64,000 nt of DNA from Patescibacteria group bacterium (GTDB lineage Bacteria; Patescibacteriota; Patescibacteriia; 2-12-FULL-57-11): contig SCUL01000002.1 of assembly GCA_004297205.1 (NCBI GenBank), positions 381,418-445,417 on the forward strand. Reading direction: 5' to 3'. The position numbers and the translations under genes are program-made. Below, in pieces: positions 1 through 8,991 of this stretch (position 1 is the stretch's first letter; the number at the start of each line of letters is the position of its first letter). The notes beneath the pieces are model-generated. The model saw nothing but the letters and a program-made list of their open reading frames with translations. It was not told the origin of the DNA and did not search any database.

Positions 1-51
1 AACGCCTTCCTTGTTTAACAAAAACGCCCCCACCTTTCGGTGAGGGAGTTT

Positions 52-128
52 TGGTTGCGGGGGCGGGATTTGAACCCGCGACCTCCAGGTTATGGGCCTG
101 GCGAGCTGCCGGGCTGCTCTACCCCGCG
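52..128 (-). tRNA. tRNA-Met(CAT), initiator type (fMet)
   Basis: Reverse complement CGCGGGGTAGAGCAGCCCGGCAGCTCGCCAGGCCCATAACCTGGAGGTCGCGGGTTCAAATCCCGCCCCCGCAACCA; C1:A72 mismatch, CAT anticodon, encoded CCA. Confidence 0.93.
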
Positions 129-149
129 ACAAGGGGAAAACGTGGTCGG

Positions 150-178
150 ATCGTACCAGCGCGCACCCTTTTCGTCAA
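150..178 (-). promoter_or_regulatory. sigma70-type promoter for tRNA-fMet
   Basis: TTGACG-N17-TACGAT on minus strand just upstream of the tRNA. Confidence 0.7.
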
Positions 179-291
179 GTCAGGAGGGCGGGTTGCCCGT
201 CCCATCCCATTTGATAAGGTAGCCCCGCTTTCGGCATGGGGCCGGAGCATTGACAACCTGAGAACAACAGGCGCGCAGACGCCGGGAGTCC

Positions 292-3117
292 GTGATGATC
301 AGTCGATCGTACCTGGTGCGGCAAGGGGACGACCCTGAAGCCGCACACCTGCTGGCGCGCCTCCGGCGTGCCGGTTATGCCCTCGACGGACTGGCCGTCG
401 AGCGCGTCCTGCGGGTCGAAGGCACGTCGCCCGAGACCCTGGCGGCTCTGACGCCGCTCACCGACCACCCCGTGCTCGGCACGGCGACGCCCGCCTCGCA
501 GCTCGATCCCGCCACGGGCCCGATCCGCGAGGTGAGCTACAAGCGCTCCATGACCGACCCGGAGATGGCCAGCTACCTGCACGCCGCGCAAGCGGCCAAG
601 GTGGAGGGCATCGCCTGGGTGCGGCTCGCCGCTCGCTACCAGTTCGTCGGTGCCGACGCGGCGACGGCGGACGAGATCGTCTCCCGGCATCTGATGAACA
701 CGCAGGTGCAGACCACGCTCGCGCCGGGCGAGGAGTGGGATACGCTGGTGCCGCAAGGTGCGAGCGGCGGCGTCGAAATGATCGACGTCGCAGCCATGGA
801 CCTGCTCCAGCTGGAGCAGCTCTCCGAGCAGCGCCGACTGTTCCTGTCCGACGCTCAGCTGCGCGAGATCCTCTGGTTCTACGACGCAGCGGGCCGACCG
901 GCCCGCGACGTCGAGCTCGAGATGATCGCCGCGGCCTGGAGCGACCACTGCAACCACTCGACGTGGAAGGCATTGGGGCTCCTGCAGCTGCTGCGCACCA
1001 CGACCGAGGAGATCAACCACCCGCTGGTCCTCTCCGCCTTCGTCGACAACAGCGGCGTCATGCAGTTCTACGGCGGGTACGCGCTCTGCATCAAGGGCGA
1101 GACCCACATCTCCCCGACCTTCGGGGGTGCGCCGTACGGCGGCATCATGACCAAGCACGGCGGCGTGATCCGCGACATCATCTTCACCGCGCAGGGCGCT
1201 TGGCCCTTCGCGGGAACGACGGTGATGGCCACGGTCAACCCGGGCATCGCCTGGGAGGAGGTGCCGGTCGGCGCCTTCCACCCGGAGACGGTGGTGCGGG
1301 AATCCATCCGCGGCACCCACGACTACACCAACCCCATGGGCATCCCCATGGCCTGGTCGGAGTACCTCGAGGACGACCGCAACTGGAAGGGCTGCGCGCT
1401 CGGCCACTCGGTCGGCGTGCTGCCCGCGGCGCGCGCCCAGAAGGGCACGCCTCGGCCCGGCGACGTCGTGCTGCTCATCGGTGAGCGGACCGGCAACGAC
1501 GGGCTCCACGGCGCCACGGTGAGCTCGGCCAAGATGACGAGCGAGACCGCGCTGGTCGACGCCGCGCACGTCCAGATCGGCATGCCGATCGGCGAGCGCG
1601 TCTTCATGGAAGCGGTCCCGACGCTGCGCGATGCGGATTGCATCCGCGCCTGCACCGACTGCGGCGCAGCGGGACTGGCTTCGGCCGTCGGCGAGATGGG
1701 CAACCCGGGAGGGGTGTACATCGAGCTCGACAAGGTGCCGCTCAAGTGCGCGACCATGCTCCCCTGGCAGATTCTTCTCTCGGAGAGTCAGGAGCGCGGC
1801 GTGCTCGCCGTGCCGCCGGAAAAGCTGGCGGAGGCCGAGCGCATCCTGACCGACTACAACGTGCCGTTCGCGGCGCTCGGCGTCTTCACCGACACCGGAC
1901 GCTTCGAGGCAACCCACGGCGAGACCATCGTCTGCGACCTGCCGTACTCCTTCCTGGGGACGGACGGTCCGCTGCCCGACATCGCGGTGCGGGAGCTCGA
2001 ACGGGCTCCTGTCGTCACGTCGCTTCCCGCTCTGCCCGCCTCGCCCGAGGCCTGGGTGGAGATGATCGCCGCGCACCTGGCGCGCTACAACATCTGTGAC
2101 CAGTCGGCCGCGGCGCATCGCTACGACCAGACGGTCCAGGGGAACACCGTGCTCCCCTACATCGGCGGCCTCCGGCAGAACATGCCGGACGAACTCGCGG
2201 TCTACACGCCCGTCCCCGGCGAACGCTGGGGCGCGGGACTCGCGGTGGCCACGAGCCAGCGCTACGCCGATCTCGACCCGTATGCCTGCGGGCATCTCGT
2301 CGCAGCCCAGGCCTTCACGCGGCTGGTGGCGGCCGGCTTCGCGCCGGGCGACATCGTCTGCAACGTGAACGTCTACACGCCGCGCGTCACCGACAACCCG
2401 GAGAACGCCTGGCGTCTCCAGCAGCTGGTGCGCGGTTACAACAGCGCCGCCCGCGCGCTGGACATGCCGGTCATCTCCGGCAAGGACAGCTCGAGCGGGA
2501 CCTTCGTCACCAAGGATGGACGGCGCATCGACGCGCCGCTCAGCCTGACCGTGGCCGCGCTCGGGCGCATGCCCGACGCCGGCCGCGTCATCCCGAAGCC
2601 GTTCGCGCAAGCCGGCGACCGGATCATCCTGTTCCGCCCCGGACACGGCTGGAACGGACTGGGCGGCTCCGAGTACCTGGCGGCGCACGGCGGCAACGAC
2701 GTCCTGCCGACTCTGGATCTCACGAAGCTCCTCAGCGGCATGCGGCGATACAACGCCTTCCTGACCGACGGCGGACGCGTCTCGTCGCGCTCCGTCATCG
2801 CCCAGGGCGGGCTCATCCGCCGGCTCTTCGAGATGGCGGTGGGAAGCGACGGCCTCGGCTGCCGCATCCAGCTGCCCGACGAGGACCCGGCACGGGTGCT
2901 CTTCGCGGAGTGGAACGGGGCCATCGTCTTCGCGACCGGCGACGACGGCTGGCGGCGCTTCCTCGGGGAGCGCGACGACACCATCGAGATCGGCATCGTC
3001 ACCGACGAGCCGGTCATCCGCGTCCACGCCCGCGGCGCGGAGCGCAACTTCTTCGACGCGCCGCTCGCGCGGCTCGCCGAGGGGTGGAGCAGGACCTTCA
3101 CGGAGGTGGCGCGATGA
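292..3117 (+). CDS. purL: phosphoribosylformylglycinamidine synthase subunit PurL with N-terminal PurS-like region
   Basis: Motifs WSDHCNH, KGETH, GGVIRDI, DGLHGATVSS, VQIG, DCGAAGL, LLSESQER, ISGKDS; coupled to purQ by ATGA overlap. Confidence 0.88.
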   Translation: MMISRSYLVRQGDDPEAAHLLARLRRAGYALDGLAVERVLRVEGTSPETLAALTPLTDHPVLGTATPASQLDPATGPIREVSYKRSMTDPEMASYLHAAQAAKVEGIAWVRLAARYQFVGADAATADEIVSRHLMNTQVQTTLAPGEEWDTLVPQGASGGVEMIDVAAMDLLQLEQLSEQRRLFLSDAQLREILWFYDAAGRPARDVELEMIAAAWSDHCNHSTWKALGLLQLLRTTTEEINHPLVLSAFVDNSGVMQFYGGYALCIKGETHISPTFGGAPYGGIMTKHGGVIRDIIFTAQGAWPFAGTTVMATVNPGIAWEEVPVGAFHPETVVRESIRGTHDYTNPMGIPMAWSEYLEDDRNWKGCALGHSVGVLPAARAQKGTPRPGDVVLLIGERTGNDGLHGATVSSAKMTSETALVDAAHVQIGMPIGERVFMEAVPTLRDADCIRACTDCGAAGLASAVGEMGNPGGVYIELDKVPLKCATMLPWQILLSESQERGVLAVPPEKLAEAERILTDYNVPFAALGVFTDTGRFEATHGETIVCDLPYSFLGTDGPLPDIAVRELERAPVVTSLPALPASPEAWVEMIAAHLARYNICDQSAAAHRYDQTVQGNTVLPYIGGLRQNMPDELAVYTPVPGERWGAGLAVATSQRYADLDPYACGHLVAAQAFTRLVAAGFAPGDIVCNVNVYTPRVTDNPENAWRLQQLVRGYNSAARALDMPVISGKDSSSGTFVTKDGRRIDAPLSLTVAALGRMPDAGRVIPKPFAQAGDRIILFRPGHGWNGLGGSEYLAAHGGNDVLPTLDLTKLLSGMRRYNAFLTDGGRVSSRSVIAQGGLIRRLFEMAVGSDGLGCRIQLPDEDPARVLFAEWNGAIVFATGDDGWRRFLGERDDTIEIGIVTDEPVIRVHARGAERNFFDAPLARLAEGWSRTFTEVAR

Positions 3118-3833
3118 CGAAACCCTCGGTATGCATCCTGTGGTTCCCCGGAACCAACTGCCATCACGAGATGGCGCGGGCCTTCGAGAAGGCCGGCGCA
3201 ACCGTCACGATCGTGCTCCTGCGTGAGCTCATCGACGGCCGCCGGAAGCTCACGGACTGCGACATCCTCGGGTTCCCGGGCGGTTTCAGCTTCGGGGACC
3301 ACTTCGGGAGCGGACGGGTCGCCGCGTTCGATCTCGTCCGGCGCTTCGGCGACCAGCTCGCCGCGGCGCGCGACAAGCGCATCCCGATGCTCGGGGTCTG
3401 CAACGGCTTCCAGATCCTCGTCACCGCAGGGCTCCTGCCCGGCGACGGCGGAATCGGGATGCCGACGGCACTGCTCGATGCGAACCACTCGGCGCGCTTC
3501 GAACACTGGAGCGAAACCAAAGTCGTCCTGCGCGACCCGGGCAACTGTGTCTGGACGCGCGGCCTCGGCGGACGCGAGATCGTCATGCCCGTGGCGCACG
3601 GAGAGGGCCGACTCGTCGGTCCGCATCCGGAGCGCTGGACGGTGATGGCGACCTACGCCACGTTGGAGGGAGACGCCTCCTACCCGGCAAGTCCGAACGG
3701 CAGCCCCATCGCGGGGATCTGCAACGAGGAGATTGCCGGGCTCATGCCCCACCCCGAGCGGCGCATCGACGCGCTGCACGGCGGTGACGGCGGACTCGCG
3801 ATCTTCAAAGCCGGCGTGGGCGCGGTGCGCTGA
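3114..3833 (+). CDS. purQ: FGAM synthase glutamine amidotransferase subunit PurQ
   Basis: FPGTNC, PGGFSFGD, GVCNGFQ (catalytic Cys), AHGEG, MPHPER; ATG at 3114 overlaps purL stop. Confidence 0.92.
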   Translation: MTKPSVCILWFPGTNCHHEMARAFEKAGATVTIVLLRELIDGRRKLTDCDILGFPGGFSFGDHFGSGRVAAFDLVRRFGDQLAAARDKRIPMLGVCNGFQILVTAGLLPGDGGIGMPTALLDANHSARFEHWSETKVVLRDPGNCVWTRGLGGREIVMPVAHGEGRLVGPHPERWTVMATYATLEGDASYPASPNGSPIAGICNEEIAGLMPHPERRIDALHGGDGGLAIFKAGVGAVR

Positions 3834-3901
3834 GCGCGCGAGCGCACACGTCGGCGGCGGTGTCTTCGGACACCGCCTCTTTTTTTATCCACCCTGCGGC
3901 G

Positions 3902-3930
3902 TTGCCAAGCCACCCAATACCCCGTATACT
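3902..3930 (+). promoter_or_regulatory. sigma70-type promoter
   Basis: TTGCCA-N17-TATACT about 20 nt before ATG 3950. Confidence 0.7.
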
Positions 3931-3949
3931 GAACCCCAATAAACGGACT

Positions 3950-4411
3950 ATGTTTCTCGCCACTCACGCCACTGTCGGTGCCATTGTCGGCCGCGCCGCC
4001 CCGGACCCCATCTCCGCCTTCTTCCTGGCGTTCGCCTCGCATTTCCTGCTCGACATCATCCCGCACGGCGACGCCGACCTGTACAAGGACTACAAGCGCG
4101 GCAACAAGGTGCGGCTGGCGCTTAGCTACACCATGATCGATGCCATCGTCACGGCCTACGTCGTCGTGGCCATCGCCCAGGCACGGTTGTTCGACAGCGG
4201 CCTCAACGTCGCCGCCGGCGTCGTCGGCGGACTGCTGCCGGACCTGCTCGTCGGCATCTTTGAAGTGACGAAGACGCGCTGGCTCGTGAAGTTCCACGCC
4301 GTCCACTTCTTTTTCCACAACATGTTCGTCAACAAGTACCGCGACGTGTCTTTCATGACCGGCGTCGCCTACCAGCTCGTCATTCTCATTTTCCTCCAGA
4401 CGCGCATCTGA
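3950..4411 (+). CDS. membrane protein, metal-dependent hydrolase-like (H...SHFLLD..PH)
   Basis: THATVG, SHFLLDIIPHGD, LLPD, FHAVHFFFH motifs in hydrophobic helices. Confidence 0.6.
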   Translation: MFLATHATVGAIVGRAAPDPISAFFLAFASHFLLDIIPHGDADLYKDYKRGNKVRLALSYTMIDAIVTAYVVVAIAQARLFDSGLNVAAGVVGGLLPDLLVGIFEVTKTRWLVKFHAVHFFFHNMFVNKYRDVSFMTGVAYQLVILIFLQTRI

Positions 4412-4418
4412 GCGGATG

Positions 4419-4449
4419 AAAAAGTCCCGCCTCTCGGCGGGACTTTTTT
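4419..4449. terminator. bidirectional intrinsic terminator
   Basis: AAAAAGTCCCGCC-TCTC-GGCGGGACTTTTTT between convergent genes. Confidence 0.85.
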
Positions 4450-4453
4450 GTTG

Positions 4454-5386
4454 TTATCGGAGCGCCGTCTGCTCGGGCCAGCGCCAGGCGTCGAAGGCCC
4501 AAACCGCCAGGGCCTTGGCATCGGCGAAACGCGTGGCGGGGCTCTGACTACCCAACACCACGACGTAGACCTGCTGGGTGCGCTCGTGCGAGACGGCGAT
4601 GGCCAGATGGTAGCCGACCTCGTCGCCGAGCGAGCCGGTCTTGCCGCCGCGGATGGCATACGGTTCGCGCGACAGGAACGTGCCGAGCAGCTGGTCCGTG
4701 GATTTCAGGATGCGGCGTTTGCGGTTCTTGGGGTTCGCCGGCACCACTTCGACCTCCTCCTTGATGACGGTCTGGCGGATGTCGTCCATGGCAAAGGCCG
4801 CGCGGGCCAAGAGCAGCACGTCCTGCGCCGTGGCGCGGTTGGCCTCGTCGAGGCCGGTCGGTTCCGTGAAACGCGCATCCATCATGCCGAGCGCCTGCGC
4901 CTTGGCGTTCATGCGCGCCACAAAGGCCTCGTCCGTGAACCCGGTGGAGCGCGCCAGGGCGACCGTTGCGGTATTGGAAGAGCCCACGAGCGCGGCATTC
5001 CAGAGATCCCCCACCGAAACGTCTTCACCGGGAATGAAATACTCGACGCCGCCGCCGCGCTGATCCGCCGTCCGGATCTCGTAACGCGCATCAAAATCAA
5101 CGCCGCTCTCAAGCACGACGAGCGCCGTCATGAGTTTGGTCAGCGAAGCAATGGCGTGCGCGTCGCCCGCGGCCTTTTCATACAGCACGAGTCCGCTGGC
5201 GGCATCAGCCACGACGGCGCTCTTCGCGGTGACGGCCATGCCGAGCGACTCCGCGCGGACCTTGGTGGGCGCGCCGGCGGGACGTACGGCCGGCGCCGCC
5301 GGCACGAGGCGCGCCGGCGCTTCCGCGACGACGTGCGGCGCGGCAAGCAGGAGCAGGATTTGGAGAACGAGCGCGAAGGGGTTCAT
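4454..5386 (-). CDS. D-alanyl-D-alanine carboxypeptidase/endopeptidase (peptidase S11)
   Basis: Signal peptide; SxxK (ASLTK), SxN (SSN), EPTGLD, KTG motifs. Confidence 0.85.
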   Translation of the reverse strand: MNPFALVLQILLLLAAPHVVAEAPARLVPAAPAVRPAGAPTKVRAESLGMAVTAKSAVVADAASGLVLYEKAAGDAHAIASLTKLMTALVVLESGVDFDARYEIRTADQRGGGVEYFIPGEDVSVGDLWNAALVGSSNTATVALARSTGFTDEAFVARMNAKAQALGMMDARFTEPTGLDEANRATAQDVLLLARAAFAMDDIRQTVIKEEVEVVPANPKNRKRRILKSTDQLLGTFLSREPYAIRGGKTGSLGDEVGYHLAIAVSHERTQQVYVVVLGSQSPATRFADAKALAVWAFDAWRWPEQTALR

Positions 5387-5952
5387 ACCGCCAGCGCAGG
5401 CTGCTCCGGCGGAGCATCGGTCGCGGCCGCCGTCGACAGGTTCGGATGCGCGTTCAGACGGCTGTAGTCCGGCAGGTCGGTGATGGCGTCGACGCCGAGA
5501 TGACGAAGGAACTCCATGCTGATGCGATAGGTGGTCTGGAGCAGGCGTTTGTCCTCGGCCGCTTCCACCAGTCCGCGCATCATCAGGTTGCGCAGGATGA
5601 GCGAACAGTTCACGCCGCGGATTTGTTCGATCTCCGGCTTCGTCACCGGACCGCGGTACGCGATGATGGTGAGGGTTTCCAGCGCCGGGCGCGTCAACTC
5701 CCCGGTCGTTTCGTCTTTGAGGAACGCAGCAATGATTTCCGCTGCGGCAGGCGCCGTCACCATCTGGGCCTCGTCACCGTTCACGAGCACGCGGATGCCG
5801 CCGGCGCGCGCGGCGTGCACCGCGGCGATCTCGGCGAGCGCCGTCTCGACCTGCGGTTTCTTGGCGCCGGTGAGCTGCGCCAGCTTGGCCGAGGCCAGCG
5901 GTTTGCTGGAGGCGAAGAGAAGCGCTTCGATCTGCACGGCAAGCGGACTCAT
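5383..5952 (-). CDS. scpB: segregation and condensation protein B
   Basis: IEALLF, ALETLTIIAYRGPVTKPEIEQIRGV; follows scpA. Confidence 0.93.
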   Translation of the reverse strand: MSPLAVQIEALLFASSKPLASAKLAQLTGAKKPQVETALAEIAAVHAARAGGIRVLVNGDEAQMVTAPAAAEIIAAFLKDETTGELTRPALETLTIIAYRGPVTKPEIEQIRGVNCSLILRNLMMRGLVEAAEDKRLLQTTYRISMEFLRHLGVDAITDLPDYSRLNAHPNLSTAAATDAPPEQPALAV

Positions 5953-6680
5953 AGGGCGGGCACGTCAATGAGGGCGCCGATCGGCGTCTCCCCTTTCTCG
6001 ATCACCATTTCAGAAAACAATTCGTCCTGCGTCACGCGGATGGAGCGCATCTTGATGAGCTCCAGGAGCGCCAGGAAGCTCACCACCACGTCGGTGGTGC
6101 TTTCGGCGGAGCGAAGGAACGTGCCGAAGCTCACCGACTTCTGCGCCGCCAGCAGGTCCTTGAGGTGCGCGATGCGCTCCTGGATGGACACGGCGCGGGC
6201 CACGGCGGCCCTGGGCAGTTTCACGACCGGCTCGAGCGCGGCGATGACCTCGCGGAAGGTTTCCGCCAGGCGATCCGGAGTCACGCCCGCGGGCGGCGAG
6301 AACATCCCCTGCTGCAGCGGCGCACGCTCACGTCCGAAACTGAAACCGCCTTTCTTGAGACGCGCTTCGAGCAGTTTGGCCGCCGCCAGGTACTCCTTGT
6401 ACATGCGCAGCTGCTCCTCGAGCGAGATGCCTTCTTCCTCGAGGCCGAGCGGCACCGTCGGCAGGAGGATCTTCGACTTGATGTACAGGAGCTTGGCCGC
6501 GACGACCAGAAAATCGGCGAGATCCTCGGCCGGCACCGGCGCATGCTCCAGATGCTCGATGTACTGGTTGGTGACCTCCGCCAGCGAGACCTCCGAAATC
6601 GGCAACTCCTCCCGCTCGATGAGCTGGAGGAGAAGATCGAGCGGTCCTTCGAACTGCTGGAGTTTCACCGCGTAGGCCAT
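5949..6680 (-). CDS. scpA: segregation and condensation protein A (kleisin)
   Basis: FEGPLDLLLQLI, FLVVAAKLLYIKSKILLP, VVVSFLALLEL. Confidence 0.93.
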   Translation of the reverse strand: MAYAVKLQQFEGPLDLLLQLIEREELPISEVSLAEVTNQYIEHLEHAPVPAEDLADFLVVAAKLLYIKSKILLPTVPLGLEEEGISLEEQLRMYKEYLAAAKLLEARLKKGGFSFGRERAPLQQGMFSPPAGVTPDRLAETFREVIAALEPVVKLPRAAVARAVSIQERIAHLKDLLAAQKSVSFGTFLRSAESTTDVVVSFLALLELIKMRSIRVTQDELFSEMVIEKGETPIGALIDVPAL

Positions 6681-6683
6681 GGT

Positions 6684-7325
6684 TCAGGCGCGCTTTTTCT
6701 TGGCAACCTTTTTCGCCGGACGCTTCTTGGCCGGCTTCTTCTTTTTCTTGGGGTGCGTCTGCAACTTCACGCCGCTCTTCGTGCCGAATTTGCCGACCGT
6801 GGCTCCTTCCGCCTTCACGAAGTCCTTCACCTTCATGCGCAACGAATCGGTCAGGGATCCGGCGCGGAAAATCGCATCGCGGGTCGTGAGCAGCCCCTTG
6901 TCGACGAGCACCATGGCGCCGCCGTAGACCGCGGCAAACGGCGGCTGCGTTCCCGGTTCGATGCCGAGCTTGGCAATCAGCTTTTCCGGCGCCAAGGAGA
7001 CGCGGGCCGCCTTCATCTTCTTTTTGACCATGCCAAAGTCGGCGCGATACGAGGCCGGGATGACCAGGACGACCTTCTGTCCCTTGATCTTCATCTGCGG
7101 CAGGTCGACCGACAGCAGCAGCGTTTTGGCGATGCGGTTCAAGTCCTCGCCCATGGTCTGGGCCAGGTCGTAGGCCGTGTAGACCTTGCGGTGGGAGACG
7201 ACCTCGAACGGCAGGTTGCGCTTGTCGAGCGCGGCCAAGAGCGCCTTCGGGATGGCGACTTTCCGCACCGCTTGTTTCTTTGCGGAATTCTTTTTCTTGG
7301 CCTGCTTCCTTTTCTTCGCGGGCAT
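6684..7325 (-). CDS. YbaK/ProXp-family aminoacyl-tRNA deacylase with Lys-rich termini
   Basis: HRKVYTAYDLA, IAKTLLL (conserved Lys), PGTQPPF, AGSLTDSLRM. Confidence 0.75.
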   Translation of the reverse strand: MPAKKRKQAKKKNSAKKQAVRKVAIPKALLAALDKRNLPFEVVSHRKVYTAYDLAQTMGEDLNRIAKTLLLSVDLPQMKIKGQKVVLVIPASYRADFGMVKKKMKAARVSLAPEKLIAKLGIEPGTQPPFAAVYGGAMVLVDKGLLTTRDAIFRAGSLTDSLRMKVKDFVKAEGATVGKFGTKSGVKLQTHPKKKKKPAKKRPAKKVAKKKRA

Positions 7326-7337
7326 AGCGGGGGGGTG

Positions 7338-7628
7338 TTAGGACGCGGCGAGCGGCAGGCGCTGCTGCTGGCCGGCCAGCGCGCGGGCGGCGCGGCGCCC
7401 CGCCGGCGTGAGTCGAACTCCGGTAATATACCACTTTTTCGCCGTCTTTACTCCCGTCCCGATGACCAGTCCGCGCGTGATCAGCCGGTCCAGGGCGCGT
7501 GAGACGACCCGGGTTTTATGGCCGGCCATGGGCGTGCGGCGGCCGTTTTTGGCCGCCAAAGCGGACAGAAGAATGCGCTTCTGCAAGGCGGAGAGAGGCC
7601 GTTCAGGTGAAACGGATGTGGACATCAT
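7338..7628 (-). CDS. small basic hypothetical protein, winged-helix-like
   Basis: 96-aa ORF within the operon; LSALQKRILL...SRALDRLITRGLV...VRLTPAGR pattern. Confidence 0.55.
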   Translation of the reverse strand: MMSTSVSPERPLSALQKRILLSALAAKNGRRTPMAGHKTRVVSRALDRLITRGLVIGTGVKTAKKWYITGVRLTPAGRRAARALAGQQQRLPLAAS

Positions 7629-8988
7629 CGAGCGCCTGTTCCGAGGGGGCCGAAGGCGCGCCCATCATGAGGTCGCGGGCGTTGCCGTCCTTGGGGAAGG
7701 CCGTCACTTCACGGATGTTGGCCTCGCCGGCCATCAGCATGACGATGCGGTCGATGCCCGGCGCGAATCCCCCGTGCGGCGGCGCGCCGAAGGTGAAGGC
7801 TTCGAGCATGTGGCCGAAGCGGGCCTGCTGCTCCTCTTCCGAGATGCCCAGCAGGTCGAAAATCCGCTTCTGGAGGTCCTGCTCGTGGATGCGGATGCTG
7901 CCGGAGGAGAGCTCAAAGCCGTTCAGCACGAGGTCGTAGGCATTGGCGCGGATGCTCATGACATCCTCGCCGCGCATGAACTTCTCCTTGTCTTCTTCCT
8001 TGATCGAACAGAACGGGTGGTGCGTGGCGCCGATCTGTCCGTCTTCGCCCTTCTCGAACATCGGAAAATCGAGGATCCAACAGAAGGCCAATTCGTTCGG
8101 ATCATTCTTGTCTTTTCGGAGGTCCGGCTTATCGGTGCCGTATTTCTCCATGGACTCCGCGTACGTGATGCGCGGAAACGGCACGGCGGCCAGGCGCTTC
8201 TCCGGGAACAAGGACTCGGTGAGCGCAATGAACATGGCTTCCGTGAATCGCAGCACGTCTTCCTGGGTCACGAAGCTCATCTCAAAGTCGAGCTGGGTGA
8301 ACTCGGGTTGGCGGTCGCCGCGCTGGTCTTCGTCGCGGAAGCAACGCGCGATCTGGAAATAGCGCTCGAATCCGGCGACCATCAAGAGCTGCTTGAACTG
8401 CTGCGGGCTCTGCGGCAGCACGTAGCACTGGCCCTTGTGGATCCGCGACGGCACCAGGTACTCCCGCGATCCTTCCGGCGTCCCCTTCATGAGGATCGGC
8501 GTCTCGACCTCCACGAAGTCGTTCTGATGCATGTACTCCCGGAAGAACGAGATGATCGAGTCGCGCAGGCGGATGTTGCGCTGCATGCGTTCGCTGCGCA
8601 GGTCGAGGTAGCGGTACTTCAAACGCAGTTCTTCGCTCACTCCCCGCGTATCCTTATCGATCTCGAACGGCGGCGTCTTGGCGCGATTCAAGATTTCGAG
8701 CGTCAGCGCTTCCAGTTCCACCGTACCCGTGACCAGATCGGCATTCACCTGCTTGGCAGGGCGTGCGTTGACCTTGCCGGTGATGCGCACCACGAATTCC
8801 GACCGCAACTCGGACGCCTGCGCGAGCAGTTCCTTCTTTTCCGGCGTGAAGACGACTTGCAGCAGACCGCTGCGATCGCGCAGGTCGATGAAAATCAGTT
8901 TGCCCATGTCGCGGCGGGCATGAACCCAGCCGGCGACTTCCACCTCCTCCCCGACTTTGGGGACGATGTCGGTGACCCAGAGACGCAT
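7603..8988 (-). CDS. aspS: aspartate--tRNA ligase, short form lacking GAD insertion
   Basis: FIDLRDRSG, RLKYRYLDLR, LPQSPQQFKQLLM, CFRDEDQRGDRQPEFTQLD, GAPPHGG. Confidence 0.95.
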   Translation of the reverse strand: MRLWVTDIVPKVGEEVEVAGWVHARRDMGKLIFIDLRDRSGLLQVVFTPEKKELLAQASELRSEFVVRITGKVNARPAKQVNADLVTGTVELEALTLEILNRAKTPPFEIDKDTRGVSEELRLKYRYLDLRSERMQRNIRLRDSIISFFREYMHQNDFVEVETPILMKGTPEGSREYLVPSRIHKGQCYVLPQSPQQFKQLLMVAGFERYFQIARCFRDEDQRGDRQPEFTQLDFEMSFVTQEDVLRFTEAMFIALTESLFPEKRLAAVPFPRITYAESMEKYGTDKPDLRKDKNDPNELAFCWILDFPMFEKGEDGQIGATHHPFCSIKEEDKEKFMRGEDVMSIRANAYDLVLNGFELSSGSIRIHEQDLQKRIFDLLGISEEEQQARFGHMLEAFTFGAPPHGGFAPGIDRIVMLMAGEANIREVTAFPKDGNARDLMMGAPSAPSEQALDDVHIRFT

Positions 8989-8991
8989 AGC

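Noticed and set aside
220-291. Purine/ZTP/PRPP riboswitch upstream of purL
   Set aside because: Only a small GCCCC/GGGGC hairpin; I could not match the consensus of any known class.
175-3201. Very long antisense ORFs (also 7408-10317, 14756-16924, 19731-22655, 25386-27821, 28882-31812, 44086-46671, 50015-52324, 56500-58437, 59736-61649)
   Set aside because: Shadow frames opposite well-recognized genes in high-GC DNA; no recognizable motifs.
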